Assembly (NCBI RefSeq): GCF_044704955.1 | Contig: NW_027253959.1 | Location: 496,001-560,000, forward strand | DNA: 64,000 bases | Origin: Pristiophorus japonicus | Taxonomy: Eukaryota | Reading direction: 5' to 3' | Part shown: positions 14,801 through 27,699 of the stretch, piece after piece | Numbering within the stretch: position 1 is the first letter of the stretch | Layout: each line of letters opens with the position of its first letter | Made by a program: the position numbers and the translations under genes | The notes under the pieces: model-generated | The model's input: the letters and a program-made list of their open reading frames with translations, nothing else | Told to the model about the DNA's origin: nothing | Databases searched by the model: none

Positions 14801-15460
14801 GTTTTAAACCTAGTTTTTTAAACATGATTTCTAGTTTTGACGCCTCCTGCAGCCCCTTTTATATTCAGTGGCCCTTTTTGTTTTTTGCCTTGGGATTCTC
14901 TGCCCTCCACTTTTGCTCATCTCCTTTCTGTCTTTTGCTTTTGTCTCCTTTTTGTTTCCCTCTGTCTGCCTGCATTGTTTCACATCCCTCTACCATATTA
15001 GTTTAACTCCTCCCCAACAGCACGAGCAAACACTCGCCCGAGGACATTGCTTCCGGTCCTGCGCAGGTGCAGACCGTCCGGTTTGTACTGGTCCCACCTC
15101 CCCTGTTCCAATGTCCCACGAAATTGAATCCCTCCCTGATGCACCACAGCTGAAGCCACGTATTCATCTGCGCTTTCCTGCGATTCCTACTCTGACTAGC
15201 ACGTGGCACTGGTCGCAATCCCGATATTACTACTTTTGAGGTCCTACTTTTTAATTTAGCTCCTAGCTCCTTAAATTCGTCTCGTCGGACCTCATCCCTT
15301 TTTTGTACCTATGTCGTTGGTACCAATGTGCACCACGACAACTGGCTGTTCTCCCTCCCTTTTTAGAATGTCCTGCACCCGCTCTGAGACATCCTTGACC
15401 CTAGCTGCATATCATCCTGGAGTCTCGGTTGCGGCGGCAGAAACGCCTATCTATTCCCCA
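11890..15460 (-). mobile_element. Near full-length CR1 LINE: SGNH-esterase-like ORF1 remnant, APE endonuclease, RT, (cataagaa)n tail
   Basis: In-frame ORFs 13831-14145, 13309-13830 and 12775-13308 separated by single stops; GVPQGSVLGP and FADDTK motifs; ORF1 piece 15003-15218. Confidence 0.93.
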
Positions 15461-15899
15461 TTCCGTCTTGTCCTATCTTTCCATCTTGTCTCTCAAAAAT
15501 GGATAATGGGCATTCCCCCACAACCAGATATCAACAACTAACAAAAGTTTTCCTTGAGCCCTAATGATATGCCTTTAACCAAATTGATTGGAATGTGCAG
15601 AGGGAGCTATAATCCAAAATATGACCCGTGAATTAAATGATCTGGGAGTGTTTCATGGGACAGTGTGGAGGGAGTTAACATTAAACTAAACTGGTTGTAT
15701 CTGACCTGGTAGCATTTAATGGTGATGCATAAATGGTGCTTTACATTACTTCTAAACCATGCTGTACCTGCCCTCGGGGTATTTGATGGAGCAGTTTAGA
15801 AGGAGCTTTACTCTGTATCTGACACATGTTGTACATGTCCCGGGAGTTACAGCATTTAATGCCATATTAACTGAGGCAAGTTCCAGTTTAATATAAACT

Positions 15900-17470
15900 T
15901 GGCATGCAGCTACAGCAGGCAGTAAAGAAAGCAAATGACATGCTGGCCTTCATATCGAAGGGATTTGAGTATAGGAGCAGAGACGTCTTATTTTAGTTGT
16001 ACATGGCCTTGATGAGACCAAACTTTGAGTAATGTGTGTAGTTTTGACCTCCTAATCTGAAGAAGGACGTACTTGCTATTTAGGGAGTGCAGCGAAGGTT
16101 CACCAGACTGATTCCCGGGATGACAGGACTGACATATGAAGAAAGATTGGATTAACTAGTCTTATATTCAATGGAGTTTCGAAGAATGAGAGGGGATCTC
16201 ATAGAAACATATGAAATTCTGACGGAATTGGACAGTAAGAAACAGGAAGAATGTTCCCGATGTAGGAGAAGTCCAAAATCAGGGGTGACAGTCTAAGAAT
16301 AAGCGGTAAGTCATTTACGACCGAGACGAGGAGAAACCTCTTCACTCAGAGAATTGTAAACCTGTGGAATTCTCTACCACATAAAGTTGTTGTGGTCAGT
16401 TGTTAAGATATATTCAAAAGTCACTGTTTTCCAACCGGAAAATGACTCATTTATCGCGACTCGCTGATCTGTTTGTTAGCCAATACTCTGTTCCAGGGAA
16501 TGTTGCTAGATTGCAACCAATGTATCCACTATTTCGACAGCCACTTCTTTTAAGACCCTTGTAAGCCATCAGGTACATGGGACTTGTCTGCCTTTAGTCC
16601 CATTATTTTACTGAGATGATTTCATTATTGACAGTGATAGTAATAAGTTCCTCCCTCCCTATAGCCCTTTGATTATCCACTATCGGGATGTTTTTATTGC
16701 CTTCTACCATGAAGATGGATACAAAATATTTGCTCAACATCTCTGCCATTTCCCTTTTCTCTATTATTAATAACCCAGTCTCATCCTACACGTGATCAAC
16801 ATTTACTTTAGCCATTCTTTTCCTTTTTATGGAACTGCAGAAAATCTTACTATCTGTTTTTATATTTCGTGCTAGTTTACTTTTATAATCGATCTTCCCT
16901 CTCTTTATCATCTGTTTAGTTTATCGTTGCTGGTTTTTTAAAGTTTCCCAGTCCTCTGGCCTCCCATTTGTCTTGGCCACATTGTACGCATTTGTTTTTA
17001 ATTTGATACCATCCCTTATTTCCTTATTTGGCCGCGGATATTTATCCCTTCTCTTACAATCTTGCCTTCTCATTGCATATATTTTTGTTAGGAGTTATGA
17101 AATATCTCCTTAAATATCTGCCACAGCTCATCAACATCCCACACTTTTATCTATTTTCCCAGTACCTTTTAGCCAACTCTTCCCTCATACCTTTGTAGTC
17201 TCCTTTAATAAGTTTGGACACTGGGTTTGAGATCAACTTATCTCAACCTCCAACTGAATTTGAAATTCAACCATATTATGATCACTCATAGTACGGCACA
17301 GAAGGTGGCAATTCAGCCCATAGTGTCTGTGCCGGCTCTTTCGAAGAGCAATCTAGTTAGTCCCACTCCCCGCTCTTTCCCTATATCCCTGCATTTTATT
17401 CTCCCTCAAGTATTTACACAATTTCTTTTTGAAGGCTACTATTGAATATGTATTTATCGCCCTATCAGTA
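15900..17470. mobile_element. CR1 fragments (+ strand 15900-16420, minus strand 16420-17470)
   Basis: Similar to the other CR1 copies in the window. Confidence 0.8.
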
Positions 17471-17475
17471 CAATC

Positions 17476-20400
17476 TGATACACTCGTAATAAAGGATGAA
17501 ATTGAGTATTGTGAAAAATGAACAATTGTGACCTTCGCTCCTTTAATAAGACTCCAGTGTGCCGGTACCTCGTGAGTGGCCTACTTATATACCGTGGTCC
17601 AAAGTGATGCTGGGATCCCTTGGGACTCCAACAGATAGTTACTCTGGTGTTTATATAATACAGGGTGCAAGGTGTTAAATACATAACATCACTCCCTCGT
17701 AAATTTAATAGTACACTTATTTACATGGTGAGACAATCTGGGGCTTTTCGCTCCCTTGTCGATCATCTCGGTACAAATGCGGGTGTGGGTGGGTTGGTTA
17801 GTTCTTTACTCGGCATCTGGGCAGCCGGCCTTTCCGGGCTGCTGGGGATGGTGAGTTCGGTTTTGTGGTCAACCATCATGTCGGTTGCCACTTGTGTGTA
17901 TTGTGGAGGGTCAAAGTTGGTGTTGTCTTCTACGGGTTGTTCGTAGCTGTTGGTGAACCGCAATTTGATTTGGTCCAAATTTTTCTGCACGTTAGTCCAT
18001 TGGCCAATTTGACCTGAAACACCCTGCTCCCCTCTTTGGTGATGACCGTACCAGCGAGCCATTTGGGACCATGTCCATAACTGAGTACAAACACTGGTTC
18101 ATTGACCTCAATTTCGCGTGACAAATTTGCGCGGTCATGATACACACTTTGTTGATGCCACTTGCCCTCCACATGATCAATGAGGTCAGGGTGGACAAGA
18201 GAGAGTCCTGCTTTTAGCGCCCTTTTCATGAGCAGCTCGTCTGGGCGAACCCCGGTGAGTGAGTGGGGTCTGGTGGGTAGCTGAGCAGCACTCGGGATAG
18301 CCGGGTCTGCAGTGAGCCTTCCATCACTCGTTTCAAGCTTTGCTTAATGGTCTGAACTGCCCATTCTGCCTGGCCGTTGGATGCAGGTTGAGTAGGGAAA
18401 ATCTGACGTGCTTGGTCCCATTGCGGATCAATAATTCCTTGAATTCAGCACTGGTGAAGCACAGCCCATTGTCGCTGAGTAGGACATCAGGCAGGCCCTG
18501 CGTGGCAAATATGGCTGAAAGGCTTTCAAAGGTGACCGTGGACGTGCTTACAGACATTGTTACACATTCAATCCATTTTGAGTAAGCATCCATGACAACC
18601 AAGAACATTTTGCCCAGCAATGTCCCCGCATAGTCCACATGGATCCTCGACCACGGTTTGGAGGGACACGACCACAAACTTAGCGGTGCCTCTCTGGGTG
18701 CATTGCTCAGCTGAGAGCATGTGTTGCACTGGTGCACGCATGACTCTAAATCTGAGACGACGCTAGGCCAGCACACATGGGATCTGGCTATGGCTTTCAT
18801 CATTACCATGCCTGGGAGAGTGCAGTGCAGTTCACAGATGAACGTATCTATGCGTTTCTTTGGCAAGTCCACGCGATTAACGCACAACAGACAGTCCGCC
18901 TGCGAGGACATTTCATTAATGCGCCTGTGGAACGGCTTGATCACCTGCTGCACCTCCGCTGGGACGCTGGACCAGCTCCCATGGAGGACACAGTTATTTA
19001 AACCAAGGACAGTAAAGGATCCTGGATGGTCCAGGTTCTGATCTGCCGGAGTGTAATAGGTGACTTTTCGTTTTCGAATGCATCCATTATCATGTCCAGT
19101 CCACAGGCTGTGCCATTTACACCCCGGTGTTGGGCAATGGTTGCCGACTGAGAGCATCAGCGCAGTTCTCTGTGTCAGGCGTGTGGAGGATAACATTGTT
19201 GTATGCTGACAGCGTGAGCGCCCATCTTTGGATGCTGGCAGACACATTGGTGTTAATCGCTTTGCTCTCAGAGAATAGCTTGTGGTCAATTTCAAGCTCA
19301 AACTTGAGGCCAAACATACACTGGTGCTTTTTTTTATCCCATAAACGCATACCAGAGTCTCTTTTTCAATCATGCTGTAGGCCCTTTCGGTCTTGGACAA
19401 GTTCCTGGACACATAAGTGACCGCTTGCAAAATCCTCAATACGTTAGCCTGTTGTAACACGCAGGCTCGCAGTAATTGTTTACAATGGTTATACAGGGCA
19501 TGCAGTTTGTTTGAACACAACAGATTTCGTGCTTTCTCAAAGGCAGCCTCTTGTGAATTACCCCAGACACAGTCGTCTCCCTTGCGCAGTAGCACATGTA
19601 GGGGTTCTCGCAGGGTGCTTAACCAAGGTCGGAAATTACCGAAATCATTAAGGAGCCCCAGGAACGACTGCAGCTCTGCCACGTTCTGTGCTCTCGGCAT
19701 GTTCTTGATGGCCTCCGTTTTGGCGTTGGTGGGTCTGATGCTATCTAATGCGATTCTTTTTCCCAAGAACTCGACCTCCGGTTCCAGGAAAAAACACTTT
19801 GAGCGTGTCAACCTGAGTCCCACGTGAACCAACCGACCAAGAACCTCCTCCAGATTCATCAGGTGCTCAATGGTGTCCAGACATGTAACTCGTATTTCGT
19901 CCTGGAAGACCACGGTGCGAGCAACCAACTTTAGCAGGCGTTCCATGTTCCATTGGAAGATTTCCGCGGCCGACCGAATCCCGAACGGGCATCAGTTAGA
20001 CATGAACAGAGCTTTGTGTGTGTTGCTGCAGCTGAAGCCTTTGGAAGACTCGTCCAGCTCCTGCATCATGTAGGCCGCGTTCAGGTCCAGCTTGGTGAAC
20101 GTCTTCCCTCCTGCCAGGGTCGCAAGTAGCTCGTCTGCCTTGGATAGCAGATACTGGTCCTGGAGCGAAAAACGGTTAATCGTTACTTTATAGTCCCCAC
20201 AAGTTCTGACCGTGCCGTACTCTTTAAGGACCGGGACAATCACACTGGCCCACTCGTTGAATTACACCGGCGCGATGATGCCTTCTCGCTGCAGCCTGTT
20301 CAGCTCAATTACCACTTTCTCACGCATCATATACGGTACCGCCCGTGCCTTGTGGCGGATGGGTCGTGTACCGGGAACCAAATGGATCTGCACTTTCGCC

Positions 20401-21802
20401 CCCGAGAAGCTTCCAATGCTTGGATCGAATAACGATGGAAATCTGCTCAGAACCTGGGCACATGAGGCATCGTCGACGGATGAAACCGCTTGGATGTCGT
20501 CCCAGTTCCAACGGATTTTTCCCAGCCAGATTCTGCCAAACAGTGTTGGGCCATCCCCTGGCATGATCCACAGCGGGAGTTCATGTACTGCTCCATCATA
20601 GGATACTTTGACTTCTGCACTGCAAATTACAGGGATTAATTCCTTCGTGTAAGCCCTTAGATTGGTGTGAATGGAGCTGAGTTTGGGCCTCTGTGCGATG
20701 TTGCACCACAGCCTGTCGAAGGCCTTTTTACTCATTATGTACTGACTCGCACAAAGTTCCATCGATACTGGAATTCTGTTCAGTTCAAATTTCAACCTTA
20801 TTGGTGGATATTTCGTGGTGAATGAGTGTACCCGATACACTTCTGCCTCCTCGGTACAAGTCTCCAATTCATCCTGATCCACAGTGGATCGATCTTACTC
20901 TGCAATGTGCTGGTTTATAGGGTTTGCAGCTTTCCTGAACATTCGCTGGAGGTGTCCCATTGTTCAGCAACCATTGCACGCATAGTGCTTGAAGCGGCAT
21001 TGAGGGGGCGACTTTCACGTACAATGCCAACAAGGTGTAAACTGCTACGCATTAACGAATGATGGCAGACTCTGGGTCATCTGAGTTCGTGCAGCATTCG
21101 CTAGAGTGTACGTTCTGCCATATATATTCCTGCTCGAAAATGACGTTACTTTGAGCACAGGACTGGCCGAAATCTCTTTGCTCTGCAAAATTTATTTGGT
21201 GTTATCGCTGGTGGACATCGCTATGGCCTGATATCGATTCAGGGTTTCAACTGTCAACAATTTGTGAAGGATTACCTCATTGCAAAAATGTCTCGAAGCA
21301 TTTGTTCTGGGAATCCCACAAATTCGCAATGTCCTGCGATGCGCCTTATTTTAGCGACATAGCTTGCCATATCCTAGCCCTCCGACCGTTGAAACGTGTA
21401 GAACCGATATCTCGCCATCAAAAAGCTTTCCTTAGGATTCCCGGACCAGCATACACAATTCTTCATAGGATTTAGCTGTTGGTTTCACCGGAGCCAGAAG
21501 GTTATTCATGAGGCCATAGGTTGTTGCCCCACAAACAGTAAGGTGTATCACCCTTCATTTGGCAGCGTTCTCGTCCCATTCCAGCTCATTTGCCACGAAG
21601 TATTGGTCGAGTCTCTCCATGAAAGCCTCCTAATCACCCTCTTCTGCTAATTTTCCTGGATAACAACTGTTCTTTGCATTTTTGCATGGTTGTTCGTTAC
21701 CACGTCAACCAATTGATACATTCTTTAAAAAGATGGAACCGATTACTCTGAACAATGAAGAAGTGTGACCTTAGCTCATTTAATAACACTGCAGAGTGCC
21801 AG
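17476..21802 (-). mobile_element. Decayed Ty3/Gypsy LTR retrotransposon (gag-PR-RT-RNaseH-IN)
   Basis: 3' LTR 17476-17688 (TG...CA on minus) preceded by a purine tract; truncated 5' LTR 21714-21802 followed by PBS-like TGGTTGACGTGG; RT 'VFQDEI', integrase 'WSRIHVDYAG...SDNG'; many frameshifts. Confidence 0.92.
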
Positions 21803-23011
21803 TCATCATCATAGGCATAGGAAGTCCCTGGAAATCGAGGAAGGCTTGCTTCCACTCTAAAAGTGAGTTCTTACGTGACTGAATAGTCCAATTCAGGAAT
21901 TACAGATAGGCGTTTAATGAAAGTTTGGGTGGGACTGGTTTGCCACACGCTCCTTCCGTTGTCTGGTAACCATCTACTAAATCTCCTCTTAACATTCTCT
22001 GCTCTAAGTTGAACTGCCCCAGTTTCTCGACTATCTCCATATAATTTAATTCCCCCTCCCTGATGCGTTTGCAGTAAATCTCTTCTGTACCCTCTCGAAA
22101 GTCTTCATGTCATTCCTAAAGTGTGGTGCCCAGAATTGGACACAATACTCCAGCTGGGACCGAACTAGTGTTTCTAGTCATTCATCCTTGGGACCAAATC
22201 TGTTAAATCTCCCCGCACCCTTCTCTGCTGTCAGGAGAACAGCCACAGCTTCTCCAAGTCAGTCCGCATAGCAAGAGCTTGCGTTCTACCATCCTGTACA
22301 CTCAATGGCAGCGAGATCCAGGCGGGCACTGGCCCGTCCTCAACAGCGAGAAGGGGGACGGAAAAAGAACAGCTGAAAGTCCAGGATGTCTAAAACAAGT
22401 TTTCAAATTGTTAACAATTTTTTTGTTTTAAGTAAATATATCCTGACTGCCCCAATCATAAATTCTACCCAGTGGCCCATCCCCAGCCAACTCCCTCTCC
22501 CGAAAAGTCATCATTTTATTTCTTGTCAGCTTTATTAGGGTGGGGGTTTACTTATATATATTTGTCATTGGTCGCTCTCTTATTTGTTAATATATATGAA
22601 AGCCCGTTGAAGGAATTGGGCGCAGAAAATTCCATCTGAGGAATCCTCATCAATGGAAGCAGAAACATTGCAAAGGAAGAAATAAGAATCGATTGGGCTG
22701 AGGGAGGGATGGAGGGAGGAATGAGTCGAGCAAGGGAGGGGTAGAGTGAGGGAGGGATGGACAGAGGGAGGGAGGGATGGGTGCAGGGAGGGAGCAATTG
22801 ATGGAGGGAGGGATCGTGGATTGGAGGGCGTGAGTGAGGGATGAAGGGAGGGAGGGAGTGATGGAGATTCTTCCAATTTACCCGATTAAAACTCCTCATG
22901 ATTTTGAACACTTCTATTAAATCTGATCATTCTTCGCTCTAAAGAGAACAATCCCAGCTTCTGCTGCTCTGATGGTGCAGCTCACACAGTGTAAAACTCA
23001 AGTTCCTTGAT

Positions 23012-23950
23012 TAATAAGAACATAAGAAGAAGGAACAGGATTAGGCCATTTGACCCATCGAATCAGCTCCGCCAGGATCAATAAGATCATAGCTGATCTG
23101 ATCATGGACTCAGTTCGACATCTGTACCCACTCTCATTAACCTTTACTCCCTTATCGCTCAAAAATCTGTTCATCTCCGTCTTACATGTATTCAAAGACC
23201 CAGCCTGCACAGCTCTCCGGGGCAGAGAATTGCATAGATTTACAAGCCTCTGAGAGAAGAAATTGCTCCTCATCTGTTTTAAATGGGCGGCTCTTTATTC
23301 TGAGACTATGTCCCCAAGTTTTAGTTTCCCCTCTGAGTGGAAATATCCTCTCTGCATCCAACTTGTCGAGCCCCCTCATTATCTTATATGTTTCGATATG
23401 ATCACCTAATTCTTCTGAACTTCAATATGCAAAGGCCCATCCTACTCAAACTATCTTCATAAGTTAACCCCCTCATCTCCGGAATCAACAAAGTTAACCT
23501 TTTCTGAACTGCATCCAATGCAAGTATATCCTTCCTTTAATACGAAGAGCCAAACTGTACGCAGTACTCTAGGTGTGGCCTCCCCATTACCATGTACAGT
23601 TGCAGCAGGACATCTCTTCTTTTATACTCTATCCCCCTTGAAATAAAGGCCTACATTCCATTTGCCTTCCTGGTTAATTGTTGTAATAGTGTACTAACAT
23701 TTTGTGTTCCAAGCACCAGGACCCCCAGATCCCTCTGTACTGCAACACTTTGCAATTTTTCTCCATTTAAATTACAATTCGCTTTTCTATTCCAACTGCC
23801 AAGATGGATAACCTCACATTTTCCCATATTATACTGCATCTGCCATATTTTTGCACACTCACTTAGCCTGTCTATATCCCTTTGCAGATTTCTTGTATCC
23901 ACCTCACAGTTTGCTTTCCCAATCATCTTTGTATCGTCAGCAAACTTGGT
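23012..23950 (-). mobile_element. 5'-truncated CR1 insertion
   Basis: taagaacataag tail at the left end; RT C-terminal ORFs 23651-23926, 23182-23379, 22998-23273. Confidence 0.88.
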
Positions 23951-24189
23951 GAGTCATCTGCCTCGCGCACATCCAGATGTTTCTTTGTGGAATCGCTGAC
24001 ATTTTTAAATGGCCCCAGTGGGAATCCCGTGCACAATTACAACAGAGCGGGAATAAAATCCCGAGGAATAAATCAGGGCTCACCGCTGGCAATTAAATAG
24101 ATAGGGGTAAGTCTGGGCTTAGGCCCTGAACATCAAACACGATGAGCTAAATGGCAACATTTTAAAATACAAGCTGTGATATGTTCAAT

Positions 24190-24630
24190 TATCGGCTCAG
24201 TGTGATCACTGTCGCCTCTGACTCAGTAGGTCACTAATACTAAACCCCACTCCAGAGACCTGAGCCCATAATCTATGCTAACCCGCCCGGTGCCAGGACT
24301 GAGGGAGTGCTGCACGGTCTTTTGGGGCAGATATTAAGCTGAGGTCCCATCTTCCTGCTCAGGTAGATTTAAAGGACTCATGGCACTATCTTAAAGGGCA
24401 GTGGAGTTTTGCGCAGTTTCTAGGGCAAGTATTTAACCCTCAAACAACATCTGAAAAATAGATTATCTGATCATTATTTCATTGCTGTCGGTGGGATCTT
24501 GCTGTGCACAATTTGGCTGCCACATATCCTACATTACAACAGTGACCACACTTCAAAAGTTTTTCATTGCCTGCAAAGCATTTTGGGACATCAGGCGTTC
24601 ATGAAATGCACTATATAAATGCAAGTTATT
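24190..24630 (+). mobile_element. Deu-type SINE, most complete copy
   Basis: tRNA-like head (ggctcagtg...gcctctgactcag), Deu-like core, tail ending tatataaatgcaag. Confidence 0.7.
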
Positions 24631-27600
24631 TCTAAATATCAACATTTTAAAATACAAGTTGCAATATGTGAAAAGCTCAGATATTACCATGATTTTCAGA
24701 CACTCTGATGGTCACTGTTTTAACTTGGTCATTTCCAGTGGGTAAAATCTTCCACTAAATGGAGATCCAGTGGAATACACCTGGTTCCGAGATATTCCAC
24801 TGATTTCGGCAGCAGAACTATCAGAACTGAATTATTAATTGTAATGTTTATTCTCATTAATATAAATCACATCTGTTCTAATTGAACAAAACTGAAGCCA
24901 ACGTCACTGTTGATATGTTTCTATTTCTTTGTACCAACTGTCAATATTCTTAAAATAAGTCCTCGTTGTTTGTTGAGACTAATCAATAATTAACTCTGTT
25001 GATCTGATTTTGCTGCCGTGAATACTTCATGGTAACCAGTGAGGCGTTTATTTAAATAAACACAGAAATAGAAGTCCCAGATTAGATATTGTTTGACAGA
25101 AACACAATAAATGTTTCCCCACCAATACAGCACAGAAAAAAACAAAGACAGAAATGCAAATGCCTCAACAGATTCCACCAACAATTGTTTTTTGCTACAT
25201 TTCTCTAAATTATAGGAGAATAAAGTAAAGGTGATCCCCATAGTCAGAATGGGGAACGATACTAGTCACTGTATATAGTGACATCACAAATGTGTCTGGG
25301 GATTTCCTGTATCCTCTCCCTCTCCTATTTCCACTTTCCGTCTTGTCTCTCAGGAATGAATAATTGGCCTTCTTCCACAATTAGATGTTAACATCAAACA
25401 ATAGTTTCCCTTGAGCCCTAATGATATGCCTCGAACCAATTTGATTGGACCGTGCAGAGGGAGATTTAATCCAAAATATGACCAGTGAATTAAACGATCT
25501 GCGAGTGTTTGATGAGACAATGTAGAGGACGTTTTACAATTTATCTAAAACGTGCTATACCTGCCCTGGGAGTGTTTGATGGTACAGTTTAGCGGGAGCT
25601 TCATACTATATCGAAATCGTACTGTACCTGCCCTGGGATTGTTTGATGGGACAGTGTAGACGGGTAATACCCTGTATCGAAACCATGCTGTACCTGCCTT
25701 CTGATAGTTTAATGGGACAATATAGAGGGAGATTTACTCTGTATCTAAACTGTGCTGTACCTGACCTGGAAGTGTATGATGGGACAGTGTGGACAGGTAA
25801 TGGGAGCATCCCTCTCGATATAACCCGTGCCATAACTGCCCGAGGGGTGTGGAGGGCGCTTTACGCTCTATCTGACACATAATGTCCCTGTCCTGGAACT
25901 TACAGGGTCCAGTGCTGTAATAACTGAGGCAGGGTCTAATCTAATATAAACAGAGACATGGTTTAGTTTAGTAATGTGAAATGATGGGACTAGTATAATA
26001 TAAAAGTGTCTTTGTCTAAGTTATTATAAACAGAGACAGGTTATTGTGCAATAGGAACAAAGGCATGGCATATTCCTGTAATATCTGAGACAGGGCCTGG
26101 AACAATATCAGTAGTTCTAGTACAGTAATAACTGACGTAGGGCCTAGTGCAGTAAATACTGATACAGGGACATTGGTTTATTGTTTCCTGACATGTGGCT
26201 GTGGGTGTCGCTGGCAAGGCCAGCATTAACGCCTCTTTGTCACAGAGATTATGAAGGAAGGGTAATAAGTTTTCAAGTCTGGATGATGTCTGATTTTGAA
26301 GAATACGCGGAGGTGATGGTGTTCTCACTGCAGACATGGTGCGCTGGTGATGGAGTGCTGAATATTTAACGTGGTGGATGTGGTGATATAAACTGGAACA
26401 CGGTCTAGTATAGTAATAACTGAGATAGGCTCTGCTGTATTATAGAATCATAGAATGGTTACAACACATATGAGCGTCAGTCAGCACATATAGCCCGTGC
26501 TGCTCACTGCAAGATTATATCAGCTTGTCCACTCCCCTGCCCTTTCCCTGTGAATTGTCTTCCTGCAGGTACGTATCCAATTCCCTTTGGAATGCCACGA
26601 CTGAAGCTGCCCCCAACACCCTTTCACGGAGTGCATTGCAGATCCTAACCACTCGCTACGTAAAAACATTTACATCAGTTCGACTTCGGTTCTTCTGCCA
26701 ATCACCTTAAATCTGCATCCTCTGTTTTTGACCCTTCCACTAATGAAAACAGTTTCTCTCCAGCTGCTCTGCCCAGATCCCTTATCATTCTGAACACCTC
26801 TATCAAATCTCATCTCAACTATCTCTGCTCTAAGGAGAACAACCCCAGCTTCTCCAGACTATCCATGTAAGCGAAGTACCTTCTCCCTGGAACCACATTT
26901 GTAAACATTTTTCCGAATCTTCTCGAAGGCCATCACATCCTTCCTAAAGTGCTGTGTCCAGAATTGGCCCCAATACTCCAGTTGATGCTGAAACAGTGTT
27001 TTATAAATGTTGCTCATAACTACATTTGGCTTGTATTCTATGCCTCAATTTATGAAGCCGAGGATCCCACATGCTTTTTTAAACATTTTCTCAGCCTGCC
27101 CTGCCATCTACGATGATTTGTGCAAATATACCCCAGGTCGCTGTGTTCATCCAGCCGCTTTAGCATTGTACCCTTAAGTTTATATTGGCTCTCCTCGCTT
27201 TTCGTACCAAAATGTACAACTTCACAATTTTCTGCGTTTCATTTGTCACGTGTCCACCCATTCCACCAGCAAGTCTTGGTCCTCTTGAATTCGTCACTAT
27301 CCTCCTCACTGTTCACTGTACTTACAAGTCTTGTGTCATCTGAAAAAAATGAAATTGTGCCCTTACACCCAAGTCTAATTCATGAATATAAACGAAGAGA
27401 CTCCGTGTTCCTCGCACCAACTGATGCAGAACACCATTGTATACCCTCCTCCAATCAACGAAAACAGCCAGTATTCTCTGGTTCCTGTCACTTAGCGAAT
27501 TTTATAACCACCCTGCCCCTGTCTCTTTTATTCTATGGGTTACAACTTTGCTGGCGAGGATATTATCTATCAAACACCTTTTGGAAGACCATCACATCAA

Positions 27601-27699
27601 CGATACAGTGCAATAGAAACTGCGACGGGATCCGTTGTAATGAGAGAATGTTAATATCCATCGATCCATCTATCTATATGCTGCTTTTATAACGGATGC

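Noticed and set aside
18333-19946. 537-aa ORF as a functional host gene
   Set aside because: Gypsy pol fragment with an internal out-of-frame stretch and degraded RT motif.
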